A model generated the notes under the pieces. That model saw only the letters and a list, made by a program, of their open reading frames with translations, made no database searches and had not been told where the DNA came from. A stretch of 64,000 bases of DNA from Akkermansia muciniphila. GTDB taxonomy: Bacteria; Verrucomicrobiota; Verrucomicrobiia; Opitutales; UBA953. How positions within the stretch are numbered: the stretch's first letter is position 1; each line of letters starts with the position of its first letter. The stretch lies in assembly GCA_943331445.1 (NCBI GenBank), contig CALQLO010000003.1, positions 66,173-130,172 on the forward strand, in the 5' to 3' direction. The position numbers and the translations under genes are program-made. Below, piece after piece: positions 8,583 through 18,061 of this stretch.

Positions 8583-10019
8583 TCAGCGGGCCTCTTCCGT
8601 GAACCTTTGTTCACGAATAAGCACGATTTTGACGGTTCCTTGGTAGGAAAGGGTCTCTTCCACCTTAAGTCGGATGCGCCGGGCCAATTCCGTCGCCCCA
8701 AAGTCATCCACCTTGCCGGGGTCGACAATGACCCGGAGTTCTCGGCCGGACTGGAAGGCGTAGGCTTCGCGGACCCCCTCAAAGGTGAGGGCGACTTCTT
8801 CCAGACGGCGGACGCGCTGGGCGTAGCTCTCGAGGGTAGAGGAGCGGGCCCCGGGGCGGGAGCCGGAAGCGGCATCGGCGATCATCACCAGTGGCGCGTA
8901 AAGGCTTTCGGCTTCCACCTCGCGGTGGTGGCCGGCGACGGCATTGACGACGCGCAAATCTTCGCCCAATCGGCGGAGGAGGGCGGCCCCAGCGAGGGCG
9001 TGACTACTGCCGGCTTCGGCTTCGATGGCCTTGCCTAAGTCATGCAGCAGGCCGGCGCGCTTGGCGGGAATGGGATCGATGCCGATCTCGGCGGCAAGCA
9101 TCGCGCAGAGCTGCGCAACCTCGATGGAATGGGAGAGCGTATTCTGGTTAGCAGAGAGACGGAAGTGGAGTCGGCCAAGCAGCTCTTCGACCGAGGCATC
9201 CATCGGTGGGAGCCCAAGGTCGCGCACGGCTTCCCGGCCGAGGCGCCGGGCGTGCTTGACAACTTCTTCGCCGGCGGAGCGCACGGAGTCTTCGATCAGT
9301 CCGGGTGAGATCCGTCCGTCTTTCACGATGCGTTCGAGGGCGATGCGGGCGATTTCGCGTCGAACCGGGTCGAAGCAGGAAACAATAGCTAAACCAGGGG
9401 TTTCGTCGATGAGCAGCGTCGCCCCCGTGCTCTGTTCGAAGGTGCGGATGTTGCGACCTTCCCGGCCAATGAGACGTCCCTTCATGTCCTCATTAGGGAG
9501 CGAGACCGAGATCGCCGTGGCGTCTTGCGTCGTCGTCGTCGTGAGGCGTTGCATCGCCGAGAGAAGTTTGCGGCGAGCTTCGTCGTCGATGTCTTGCTCG
9601 ACTTGGTCAAGCAGTCCGCGGCGGAGGTGTTGAGCCTCTTCGCCGTATTCGGCACGCATCTTTTCGAGGAGAAGTTGGCGGGCTTCGTCCGGGGAAATCT
9701 TGCCGAGGCGTTGGAGTTCGCGCTGCAGGAACTCCCTTTGCCGTTCGTTGTCCTTGCGCATCTCATCGGCCGTGCGGGCCTCCTCTTCGGCGGCGGCTTT
9801 CAACCCGGCGGCCTCGCGTTTTTCGGCTTCGGCTTTGGAGTGAAGTTCAGCGGCTTCGACGGTCGCTTCGCGGCGGGCAAAATCGACCTCGGTGCGGAGG
9901 CGGGCATCGCGGATTGAGCCGAGGGTGTTTTCCCGCCACTTGGCGACCGCATAGGCCACGATGGCTCCAGAGGAGAACGCCACGGCGGCGAGGATGCTTT
10001 GGTCGGCTGCCACAGGCAT
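8583..10019 (-). CDS. rny: Ribonuclease Y
   Basis: N-terminal TM, coiled coil, KH (MKGRLIGREGRNIR), HD (GLLHDLGK), SRPGAR, AFQSGRELRV. Confidence 0.95.
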   Translation of the reverse strand: MPVAADQSILAAVAFSSGAIVAYAVAKWRENTLGSIRDARLRTEVDFARREATVEAAELHSKAEAEKREAAGLKAAAEEEARTADEMRKDNERQREFLQRELQRLGKISPDEARQLLLEKMRAEYGEEAQHLRRGLLDQVEQDIDDEARRKLLSAMQRLTTTTTQDATAISVSLPNEDMKGRLIGREGRNIRTFEQSTGATLLIDETPGLAIVSCFDPVRREIARIALERIVKDGRISPGLIEDSVRSAGEEVVKHARRLGREAVRDLGLPPMDASVEELLGRLHFRLSANQNTLSHSIEVAQLCAMLAAEIGIDPIPAKRAGLLHDLGKAIEAEAGSSHALAGAALLRRLGEDLRVVNAVAGHHREVEAESLYAPLVMIADAASGSRPGARSSTLESYAQRVRRLEEVALTFEGVREAYAFQSGRELRVIVDPGKVDDFGATELARRIRLKVEETLSYQGTVKIVLIREQRFTEEAR

Positions 10020-10134
10020 GTTCGTCGCGGTTTCCGGAGGTCCGGGGTCGATACCCTTGCGTCCAAAGGCCCTTCCGCAAGCCCTTTCGGGAGGTTGACC
10101 TTGCCAGCGGGGGGCAAGGCGGGTTGCCTTCGGC

Positions 10135-11469
10135 ATGTCACTAAACTTTATCGATGAGCCGACTCCGGCCGCGGTCTGGTGGGACAAGTTTGCCAATTAT
10201 TCGTGGCGGACGGACTGGACCCAAGTCGTCCTGATTCTCCTCTTAAGCACGCTTGGGGTGGTTGCCATCCAATCGGCTGGAAGTGCCCGGGAGTCGAACT
10301 TCTACCAGAAGCAGATCTTCTTCATCGCCCTGGGATGGGTGGCTTATTGGGCGGTCTCGTCGGTCGATTACCGCCAGATTCAGCTTTTCGCCCGGCGCAT
10401 TTATATCTGTACGGTGGCCCTGCTTATTCCGGTGGCGATTTGTGCGTTATTGAAGAAGGATTTAGGGTCATTTATTCATAGCACCAACGGAGCCCGTCGC
10501 TGGATGGATTTTGGCACGTTTTCGTTGCAGCCATCCGAATTCGCCAAGGTGGGAGCACTGATTTTCCTCGCGGCAGTGCTAGCCCGATCGCCCATCGGCA
10601 GTTTTCGTGCGAATTGGCGCACGGCAGCTTTAGTGCTCGGGGCTGCGGCAGTCCCGTTTGTCTTGATTTTTGTGCAGCCTGACCTAGGGTCTGCTCTCAT
10701 CTACCTGCCGCTTTCATTCATCCTGCTTTTTGTCGCCGGCCTGACCCATAGGTTCTTCGTGGTGGCCGGGGTGGCTTCCCTTCTGTTAGCCGGAATTGTG
10801 GCACTGGATTTGAAGGAATACGCAGCGAAAGTGACCACTTATTCGCAGGCTCACCCGGAAGACCGTGACCCGGCGCGGGCGGTGCGCGGAACCCACGAGG
10901 CGAAGGCGTGGTTTTTCCTCCTCAAGGATTATCAGCGGGAGCGTATCATGTCTTTTGTCGCCCCCCATGTGATTGATCCGAGGGGCCTAGGGGTGACTTG
11001 GAATGTAAACCAGGCCGTGATTGCGGTTGGGCGTGGGGGCGTCACGGGTCAGGGATTTGGCAATGGCACGCAGGCTCGCTTCGGCTACCTGCCGGAGGCG
11101 GCCGCTCATAATGACTTTTTATTTTCGGGGATGGCCGAGGAAATCGGCCTCACCGGCGGACTCTTGGTGATAGGCGCATTTGCTCTGTTGTTCTGGCGCG
11201 TCGTGCGAACGGCGGCCCGGGCCTCGGATCGTTTTGGTTCCTTGCTGGCTATTGGCGCCGCGATCGTGCTCGGCACGCACGTGGTGGTTAACATCGGCAT
11301 GAACATCAACCTGATGCCCGTCACCGGGGTCCCCCTTCCTTTCCTTAGCTACGGAGGGTCTTTCGTTCTCAGCTGTTTCTTGCTCCTTGGATTAGTCCAG
11401 AGCGTTCACCGGCATTCGTCCGGTGGCGGCGAAGACGGAGGCTCTCCGGCAACCGGCTTAACCGCCTGA
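10135..11469 (+). CDS. rodA: SEDS-family peptidoglycan polymerase, probably RodA
   Basis: GARRW, QPSEFAK, QPDLG, YQRERI, YLPE..HNDF, PVTGVPLPFLSYGGS; directly upstream of rne/rng as in mre-type clusters. Confidence 0.88.
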   Translation: MSLNFIDEPTPAAVWWDKFANYSWRTDWTQVVLILLLSTLGVVAIQSAGSARESNFYQKQIFFIALGWVAYWAVSSVDYRQIQLFARRIYICTVALLIPVAICALLKKDLGSFIHSTNGARRWMDFGTFSLQPSEFAKVGALIFLAAVLARSPIGSFRANWRTAALVLGAAAVPFVLIFVQPDLGSALIYLPLSFILLFVAGLTHRFFVVAGVASLLLAGIVALDLKEYAAKVTTYSQAHPEDRDPARAVRGTHEAKAWFFLLKDYQRERIMSFVAPHVIDPRGLGVTWNVNQAVIAVGRGGVTGQGFGNGTQARFGYLPEAAAHNDFLFSGMAEEIGLTGGLLVIGAFALLFWRVVRTAARASDRFGSLLAIGAAIVLGTHVVVNIGMNINLMPVTGVPLPFLSYGGSFVLSCFLLLGLVQSVHRHSSGGGEDGGSPATGLTA

Positions 11470-11474
11470 CCGAG

Positions 11475-13196
11475 ATGCCCGACAATACTGAACCCGAAGA
11501 TATTCACGACGAGTCGCCCGAAACCGGCGAACAAACTTCCCCGATCGACCAGCGACAGCTGGCCGACGAGGCGTCCAAGCGCCGCAAAGAGCTCCCGTTG
11601 CTCCAGCGCATCGTCAAGCACTTCTCCAAAGACCGAGCCGTTTACCGCGAGCTCGTCATCAACGCCGAGACGCTCGAGAAGCGGGTCGCACTGCTCACGA
11701 ACGGTGTGCTCGATAAGTTTGAGATCGAGCACAAGGGCGAGAACCGAATGGTCGGCGCGATCTTCAAGGGACGGGTGCAGAATCTCGAATCCGGCCTCAA
11801 GGCCGCCTTCGTGGATATCGGTCAGCCGAAGAACGCTTTCTTACATTACTGGGACATGCTCCCGGCGGCCAATGACTCCCAGGTTGAGTTTATTCGTGAT
11901 AACGAATCCGCCGCGCAGAAGGATCGCAAGGCTCGCTATCAGGCGAAGGATATTCCGCAGCTCTTCCCGTCTGGCTCTGACATTGTCATCCAGGTAGTGA
12001 AGGACCAGATCGGCACCAAGGGTCCCCGTTCGACGACGAATATTGCCCTGCCGGGTCGTTACCTCGTCCTGATGCCATTCAGTGGTGCGTGCGGCGTCTC
12101 CCGTAAGATTGAGGAGGCCCCTGAGCGCGAGCGCCTGAAGGACATCCTCCGTTCACTGACCATCCCCGAGGGCATGGGTGTCATCATCCGTACCGCCGGT
12201 GAAGGTAAGCAGGCGCGCTGGTTCGTCCGCGACTTGCATGTGCTGCTCAAGTGCTGGCAGGCGATCGTCGAGAAAATCAATGCTCCCGACCGCAAGCCCG
12301 TGTTGCTCTACCAAGAGCCCGGCCTCATCGAGCGCACCGTCCGCGACTTCCTCACTGAAGAAGTCGACCGCATTCTCGTCGATAACCCTGAGGACTTTAA
12401 ATTAGTCCAAGACCTCGTCGGCGTCGTCTCGCCGCGTTCCCGTTCACGGGTCGAGCTCTACAACGACCCGATTCCCGTCTTCGAGCGCTACAATATCGAG
12501 CGGCAGATTGAACAGCTTTTCCAGCGTCGTGTCCCGCTCCCGAGCGGTGGCGAAATCGTCATCGATGAGACGGAGGCGCTTACCGCTATCGACGTCAATA
12601 CCGGCGGACATCGCGGTAAGGACGGCGCGAAGGATGGCAACTTTATCACCCAGGCGAATCTCGAGGCGGTGACCGAAGCGGCCCGCCAGATCAAGCTCCG
12701 CAATCTCGGTGGCCTCATCATGATCGACACGATCGACATGAAGAACCCGAAGGACCGGAAGAAGGTCTTCGACACGCTCCGCGAAGCGATGGAAGACGAT
12801 CGGGCGAAGCACCAGATTCTACCCATCTCTCAGCTCGGCGTGTTGCAGATGACGCGTCAGCGTCACACGGAGTCCAATACGACCTCCATGTACACGGCCT
12901 GCCCGCATTGTCAGGGGCGTGGCATCGTGAAGAACCCTCGTACGGTGTCCGTTGAGATTCAGCGCAAGCTGCTGAGCACGATTCGGCGCCTCCGAGAGGC
13001 CGTCGGCCCGGATAAGGAACTGGAGATCAATATCCTCCTGCACCCCATCAACCTCGAGCGGATCATCACCGAGGATCGGGAGTTCTTCCGCGACCTGATG
13101 AAGTCCTGCAAGGTTCGCCTCGGCACCAAACCGGATCCGACCTACAGTATCGAAGCCTTCAAGCTCTTCGATGGTGCGGGTAAGGAACTGCGCTGA
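11475..13196 (+). CDS. rng: Ribonuclease E/G family protein (catalytic domain, no long C-terminal scaffold)
   Basis: S1 region (GRVQN..AAFVDIG), LPGRYLV, GVIIRT, TEALTAIDVNTG, RNLGGLIMID, Zn-link CPHCQGRG. Confidence 0.92.
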   Translation: MPDNTEPEDIHDESPETGEQTSPIDQRQLADEASKRRKELPLLQRIVKHFSKDRAVYRELVINAETLEKRVALLTNGVLDKFEIEHKGENRMVGAIFKGRVQNLESGLKAAFVDIGQPKNAFLHYWDMLPAANDSQVEFIRDNESAAQKDRKARYQAKDIPQLFPSGSDIVIQVVKDQIGTKGPRSTTNIALPGRYLVLMPFSGACGVSRKIEEAPERERLKDILRSLTIPEGMGVIIRTAGEGKQARWFVRDLHVLLKCWQAIVEKINAPDRKPVLLYQEPGLIERTVRDFLTEEVDRILVDNPEDFKLVQDLVGVVSPRSRSRVELYNDPIPVFERYNIERQIEQLFQRRVPLPSGGEIVIDETEALTAIDVNTGGHRGKDGAKDGNFITQANLEAVTEAARQIKLRNLGGLIMIDTIDMKNPKDRKKVFDTLREAMEDDRAKHQILPISQLGVLQMTRQRHTESNTTSMYTACPHCQGRGIVKNPRTVSVEIQRKLLSTIRRLREAVGPDKELEINILLHPINLERIITEDREFFRDLMKSCKVRLGTKPDPTYSIEAFKLFDGAGKELR

Positions 13197-13217
13197 CGTA
13201 GCGGACAGCTTTAACGA

Positions 13218-13250
13218 AAAGACCCCGGGGCTATCCCCGGGGTCTTTGTT
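13218..13250. terminator. Bidirectional intrinsic terminator between rng and the ATPase gene
   Basis: AAAGACCCCGGGG-CTAT-CCCCGGGGTCTTT between convergent genes. Confidence 0.85.
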
Positions 13251-15158
13251 TTAGCGCTTAGGCCGGTAGCCCAGGAGCCGCAGGCCGTTAAGGCAGACGA
13301 GGACCGTACTACCTTCGTGCACCGCGACGCCTAGGGTCAGGGGGGCCTGATTGAAGACCACGTAGGCGGCCATGCCGAGAGCGGCACCGATGGAGACAAT
13401 GATATTGAAGCGGATGGCCGCGCGGGCGGTGCGGCTGAGCTCAATCGCGTCTACTAAGCGGCCGATGCGGTCATCGGTCAGGACAAGGTCGCTCGATTCC
13501 AGGGCGGCATCACTCCCGCGACCACCCATGCCGATGGCGACGTCAGCTGCCGCCAGGCTCGGCGCATCGTTGACGCCATCGCCAACCATGGCGACCACAT
13601 GGCCTTCCGCCGAATAGCGACGGATAGCAGCCATTTTGGCGTCCGGGGTCAGGGCGGCGGCATAACTCTGCACTCCGACTTGCTTGGCCGCGGCCGAGGC
13701 GGCTTCCTCGCGGTCGCCGGTGAGCATGACGGTGCGGATGCCACGCTGATGCAGGGCGTCGAGGGTTGGGGCGCTCTCGGCGCGGATCTGGTCGACCAGA
13801 GTGGCCCGAACGACGACAGTGCCATCGGACGCCCAGACTTCGCTCACAATGGCACCTGCGGCCATTGGGGCGGGCGGCAGGTCGTGCCCGCCGACGAACT
13901 CGCGGGTTCCGACGCTCCAGCGGGTGCCGGCGACGGAGCCGGCGACCCCTTGGCCGGGGGAATTAGAAAGGCCGACCACCTGAATCTGCACTGCGCCTTC
14001 TTTCTGGCAGGCCTTGACCACGCCAGCGGCGAAGGGATGGGTCGTGCCAGACTCCAGTGAGAGGAGGGCGTTGAGTGCGCGTTGCCGGTCGGCGCCAGCA
14101 GGGAAGACTTCCAGTGCTGCCACTTCTGGCTCACCCGCGGTGAGCGTGCCGGTTTTGTCGAAGCAGACGCAGTCGACGTCGGCCAGTCGCTCCACGGCGG
14201 CACCCCCGCGGAAAAGGATGCCGTTACGCGCGCCGGCGGCGATGGCCGCGAGCACGGCGGAGGGGACCGAGAGTACTAAGGCGCAGGGGCTCAGCACCAC
14301 CAGTAAGGTCATCGCCCGGTAGAGCGGCGCCGCTTCTTTGACGGCGTCCGCCGGGCTGGTGAACTTTAGGAAGACGAAGAAGAGGGCGGAGGCGGATAGC
14401 GTGAAGATGGCGTAGGTATCGCCCCATCGGTCGATGGTGCGCTGGGCGGGTGCTTTACTCTCCTGGGCTTCGCGGATGAGGCGAACGATCCGTTGCAGGG
14501 CACTATCCACTTCAGCCTTAGTCACTGCCACGATCAGGCGCCCCCACGTGTTCAGGGTGCCGCCTGCGACCTCCGATCCAGGCTTCTTGGCGGCGGGTTT
14601 GGCTTCCCCGGTGAGGTTGGATTCATCCACAGCGCTTTCCCCGGTGAGCACCTTGCCGTCTGCTGGGATGAGTTCGCCTGGCAGGATGACCACGCGGTCA
14701 CCTGGGCGTAGTGAGGCCACGGAGATTTCCGTTTCGATGTCGTTTTCGCCCAGCAGACGGGCCTTTTTAGGTGCACGGTCGAGTAGGGCGTCGATGGCGC
14801 CGCGCGTACGATCCATCGCGAAATGCTCGAGGGCGCCCGCCGTGGAGAAGAGGAAGAGAAGGAGGGCGCCCTCGGCGCGAGCATCGACGACCCACGCGCC
14901 TGCGGCGACGACCAGCATGAGGAGGTGAACGTCGACGCGGCGCTGCTTCAGCGAGGCCCATCCGTCGATCGCCGCGTCCCATCCGCCCGCCAGGCAGGAG
15001 GCGCCGACGAGCAGGAGTGCCCAGTCGCTCTCCGGGCCGCCGAAGTGCTTTGCAAGCAATGACAGCAGGCCAAGGACGCCGCTGGCGGCGGCCAGGAGGG
15101 CGAGCTTTTTCCACTCACCCGCTTCTTCGTGATCATGGTCGGCGGGATGATCGTGCAT
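13251..15158 (-). CDS. Heavy-metal P1B-type ATPase, P1B-4 subclass
   Basis: LTGE, SPC transmembrane motif, DKTGTLT, HP, GDGVNDAP, HEGST; short His-rich N-terminus, no CxxC domain. Confidence 0.9.
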   Translation of the reverse strand: MHDHPADHDHEEAGEWKKLALLAAASGVLGLLSLLAKHFGGPESDWALLLVGASCLAGGWDAAIDGWASLKQRRVDVHLLMLVVAAGAWVVDARAEGALLLFLFSTAGALEHFAMDRTRGAIDALLDRAPKKARLLGENDIETEISVASLRPGDRVVILPGELIPADGKVLTGESAVDESNLTGEAKPAAKKPGSEVAGGTLNTWGRLIVAVTKAEVDSALQRIVRLIREAQESKAPAQRTIDRWGDTYAIFTLSASALFFVFLKFTSPADAVKEAAPLYRAMTLLVVLSPCALVLSVPSAVLAAIAAGARNGILFRGGAAVERLADVDCVCFDKTGTLTAGEPEVAALEVFPAGADRQRALNALLSLESGTTHPFAAGVVKACQKEGAVQIQVVGLSNSPGQGVAGSVAGTRWSVGTREFVGGHDLPPAPMAAGAIVSEVWASDGTVVVRATLVDQIRAESAPTLDALHQRGIRTVMLTGDREEAASAAAKQVGVQSYAAALTPDAKMAAIRRYSAEGHVVAMVGDGVNDAPSLAAADVAIGMGGRGSDAALESSDLVLTDDRIGRLVDAIELSRTARAAIRFNIIVSIGAALGMAAYVVFNQAPLTLGVAVHEGSTVLVCLNGLRLLGYRPKR

Positions 15159-15227
15159 CACATCAATCTGTGCGCCCAACTCGGCGGGTCAACCTCGCGT
15201 GAGCTCGCGAAGCGTATCGATTTCATG

Positions 15228-15267
15228 TTTACGCATCGTCGTGTGAACGGATTTTTTACGCATCGTC
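15228..15267. promoter_or_regulatory. 13-bp direct repeat TTTACGCATCGTC, candidate operator
   Basis: Exact copies at 15228-15240 and 15255-15267 in the divergent intergenic region. Confidence 0.5.
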
Positions 15268-15349
15268 TGACGCGCTTCCGCGACACGAAAGTTTCCTCTT
15301 GCGCAAGCGCAAGTTATGCTTATCAATCTTACTAAGAGTTAACCGCAAC

Positions 15350-15745
15350 GTGACGAACCGAACCGAAACCCCGAGCGAAAGTCTCATCACAGTGTCGCTT
15401 CCCCCGAAGCTCCACTCTGAAGCAGTCGCCTTTCAGCATCGGTCCGGATTCAGCACCTTGAGCGAAGTGATCCGTCACGCGCTCGATCGTTTCGATGACT
15501 CCCGTCCTTCCCTGGAGACCACCCGGTCTCGCCAGGTTTCTTTCCGCGTACCGTCGGAGCTCCGTACTCGTATCACCCGTCAGGCGCGTAACGCCCGGGT
15601 GAGCGTGGGGCGAATCGTCAGGGTGGCGCTTCAGGCGTTGCCCTCAAACCCAACAACGATCCAAAAAAAGGACACAACTATGGCTAAAAAGAAGGCTGCT
15701 GCTAAGAAGAGCGCCAAGAAGGCCACCAAAGCTAAGAAGAAGTAA
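15350..15745 (+). CDS. Tandem ribbon-helix-helix DNA-binding protein with a Lys/Ala-rich tail
   Basis: Two RHH-like units (ITVSLP...LSEVIRHAL and VSFRVP...VGRIVRVAL); GTG start; tail AKKKAAAKKSAKK. Confidence 0.7.
   Translation: MTNRTETPSESLITVSLPPKLHSEAVAFQHRSGFSTLSEVIRHALDRFDDSRPSLETTRSRQVSFRVPSELRTRITRQARNARVSVGRIVRVALQALPSNPTTIQKKDTTMAKKKAAAKKSAKKATKAKKK
15680..15745 (+). CDS. Putative internally initiated 21-aa basic peptide MAKKKAAAKKSAKKATKAKKK
   Basis: In-frame ATG preceded by AAAAAAAGGACACAACT. Confidence 0.45.
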   Translation: MAKKKAAAKKSAKKATKAKKK

Positions 15746-15803
15746 TTCTTCCTAGTCTTTTCCGTCCTTCGGGGCGGATGGCGCCGGCACCCCCGGTTAT
15801 AAC

Positions 15804-15835
15804 AAGGACCCTCGCAAGGGGGTCCTTTTCTTTTT
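15804..15835 (+). terminator. Intrinsic terminator
   Basis: AAGGACCCTC-GCAA-GGGGGTCCTT followed by TTCTTTTT. Confidence 0.85.
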
Positions 15836-15916
15836 CCCCACATTCCCGGAGGTGCGGTTAGCGTATAGGCTTGAAATCGCCCCCCCGAACACGGTTTCTT
15901 ATCGGTCTTAGACCTC

Positions 15917-17170
15917 ATGAGCACCCCTGCATCCGGCCGTATCACTATCGCTAACGGCAAACTGACTGTCCCCGACCATCCGGTCGTTCCCTTTATCGAG
16001 GGCGACGGTACTGGCCCGGACATCTGGCGCGCCTCCGTTCGAGTTCTCGATGCCGCGGTCGCCAAGGCTTACGCTGGCAAGCGCAAGATCGAGTGGCTCG
16101 AAGTCCTCGCCGGCGAGAAGTCTTTTAAGCAGACGGGCGATTGGTTGCCGGAAGCGACCTTGACCGCCTTCCGTGATTACCTCGTGGGCATCAAGGGCCC
16201 GCTGACCACTCCCACCGGTGGTGGCATCCGCTCGCTGAATGTTGCCCTGCGTCAGCAGCTCGATCTCTACGTCTGCCTCCGTCCCGTGCAGTGGTTCACT
16301 GGGGTGCCTTCGCCGGTGAAGAATCCGGGTAAGGTCGACATGGTGATCTTCCGCGAGAACACTGAGGACATCTACGCGGGTATCGATTTCGAGGCTGGGT
16401 CCGAAGTTGCTTTGAAGACGCTCGATTTCATTAAGACCAACTTCCCGAAAGAGTTTAAGAAAATCCGCTTCGGTGCCGAGCAGCCGGAGACGGTGGGCTT
16501 AGGCATCAAGCCCGTCTCTCGCCCTGGCTCCGAGCGCCTGATTCGCTCCGCACTCCAGTACGCCATCGCGAACAAGCGCAAGTCGCTCACCCTCGTCCAT
16601 AAGGGAAATATCATGAAGTACACCGAGGGTGCCTTCATGAAGTGGGGCTATGATCTCGCCAAGAGTGAGTTCGGTGCTGAAGAGATTGATGGCGGTCCTT
16701 GGTGCAAGATTCCGGAAGGCAAGCCTGGTGCGGGCCTGATTATTAAGGACGCCATCGCCGACATTACCCTCCAGCAGATTCTCACCCGTCCGACCGATTT
16801 CGACGTCATCGCCACGCTGAATCTCAACGGCGATTACCTCTCTGACGCCTTGGCGGCGCAGGTGGGCGGCATCGGGATCGCCCCGGGCGGCAATATCAAT
16901 TACCTGACCGGCCACGCCATCTTCGAGGCGACCCACGGTACGGCCCCCAAGTATGCCAACAAGGATGTCGTCAATCCGGGTTCGGTCGTGCTCTCCGGCG
17001 AGATGATGCTCCGCTATATGGGTTGGATTGAAGCCGCGGATCTCGTGCTCAAGGGTCTCAATGGCGCCATTGGTGGTGGCCGCGTGACTTACGACTTCGC
17101 GCGCCAGATGCAGGGTGCCACGGAAATTAAGTGCTCGGAGTTCGGCGACGCGATCATCGCATCGATGTAA
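15917..17170 (+). CDS. icd: NADP-dependent isocitrate dehydrogenase
   Basis: [49 protein letters not shown]. Confidence 0.97.
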   Translation: MSTPASGRITIANGKLTVPDHPVVPFIEGDGTGPDIWRASVRVLDAAVAKAYAGKRKIEWLEVLAGEKSFKQTGDWLPEATLTAFRDYLVGIKGPLTTPTGGGIRSLNVALRQQLDLYVCLRPVQWFTGVPSPVKNPGKVDMVIFRENTEDIYAGIDFEAGSEVALKTLDFIKTNFPKEFKKIRFGAEQPETVGLGIKPVSRPGSERLIRSALQYAIANKRKSLTLVHKGNIMKYTEGAFMKWGYDLAKSEFGAEEIDGGPWCKIPEGKPGAGLIIKDAIADITLQQILTRPTDFDVIATLNLNGDYLSDALAAQVGGIGIAPGGNINYLTGHAIFEATHGTAPKYANKDVVNPGSVVLSGEMMLRYMGWIEAADLVLKGLNGAIGGGRVTYDFARQMQGATEIKCSEFGDAIIASM

Positions 17171-17191
17171 GCGAGCTGAGTTTTTTACATT

Positions 17192-17242
17192 AACCTGTTG
17201 GCAATCCCCCTAGTCCTTGGGGCTTGCCAACAGGTTTTTTTT
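17192..17242 (+). terminator. Long-stem terminator after icd
   Basis: AACCTGTTGGCAA...TTGCCAACAGGTT followed by a T-run. Confidence 0.7.
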
Positions 17243-17271
17243 GGGCAAAACGGAGAGTCACAATCCTATCC

Positions 17272-18033
17272 ATGAAGCACACCCTCACCGCCCTCGCCCT
17301 CGCCGCTTTTGCTGCCGGCGCCTCCGCCCAAAATGCCCCGGCTCCCGTCGCCGCCGCTAACACCGACATCGCCGTCCGTGGCAGCGTCTCTTGGAACGGC
17401 AAGAATGTCTTCCGTGGCATCGATCGCTCGGATACCGCCGGTCTCGTACAGTCGGCCGTCACCATCGAATACAACATCCCTGGCTTCACCGGCGTCTCGG
17501 CTTACCTCAACTTCTTCAATGCAGATGGCGTTGAGCGCACTTACACCCTTGGTGCCAAGACCGATTCGCCCTTCGGCACTCTTGATGTCGGCATCCAGCG
17601 CCTGACTTCGCCCTCCGTCCGCACCCTCGCTTCCGACGGCTTCACGCAGCTCCGCTCCAATAATGAAGTCTACGTTGGCACGACCCTGTCCACCGTCGCT
17701 TTCAAGCCTTCGGCTTACGTCTACTACAGCAGCGACCTCAAGCAGTACACGCTCGAGCTCGCCGGCTCCAAGAGCTTCGCTGGTTCTAGCGTCGGTCTTT
17801 CGGGCTTCGACATCGTCACCAAGGTTTACGGCGGCTACAGCAACGCCTCGGCCAGCGCTTACGACGTTAAGAACGCCTACGAGTACCTCGGTGCCTCCGC
17901 TGACCTCACCCGCGCCGTCGGCCAGGGTGCCGTGTTAGGTGCCGGCGTGAATTGGGCCTATAACACCGATGGCCGCGCCCTAACCGCTGGTTCTTCGGCC
18001 TGGGTTCGCGTTTTCGCTAACTTCAAGTTCTAA
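17272..18033 (+). CDS. Outer-membrane beta-barrel protein (possibly TorF/TIGR02001-like)
   Basis: Sec signal ending ASA-Q, alternating aromatic strands, VFRG motif, C-terminal Phe. Confidence 0.75.
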   Translation: MKHTLTALALAAFAAGASAQNAPAPVAAANTDIAVRGSVSWNGKNVFRGIDRSDTAGLVQSAVTIEYNIPGFTGVSAYLNFFNADGVERTYTLGAKTDSPFGTLDVGIQRLTSPSVRTLASDGFTQLRSNNEVYVGTTLSTVAFKPSAYVYYSSDLKQYTLELAGSKSFAGSSVGLSGFDIVTKVYGGYSNASASAYDVKNAYEYLGASADLTRAVGQGAVLGAGVNWAYNTDGRALTAGSSAWVRVFANFKF

Positions 18034-18061
18034 GCCCTCCCTTATAAGGGGACGGTAATCC

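Noticed and set aside
10020..10134. Possible 6S RNA or riboswitch upstream of rny
   Set aside because: Only about 115 nt shared by two divergent genes, with no long rod-like fold or recognisable aptamer.
17192..17236. Long inverted repeat as a possible MITE or REP element
   Set aside because: I saw only one copy in the window, and its position and T-tract fit the icd terminator.
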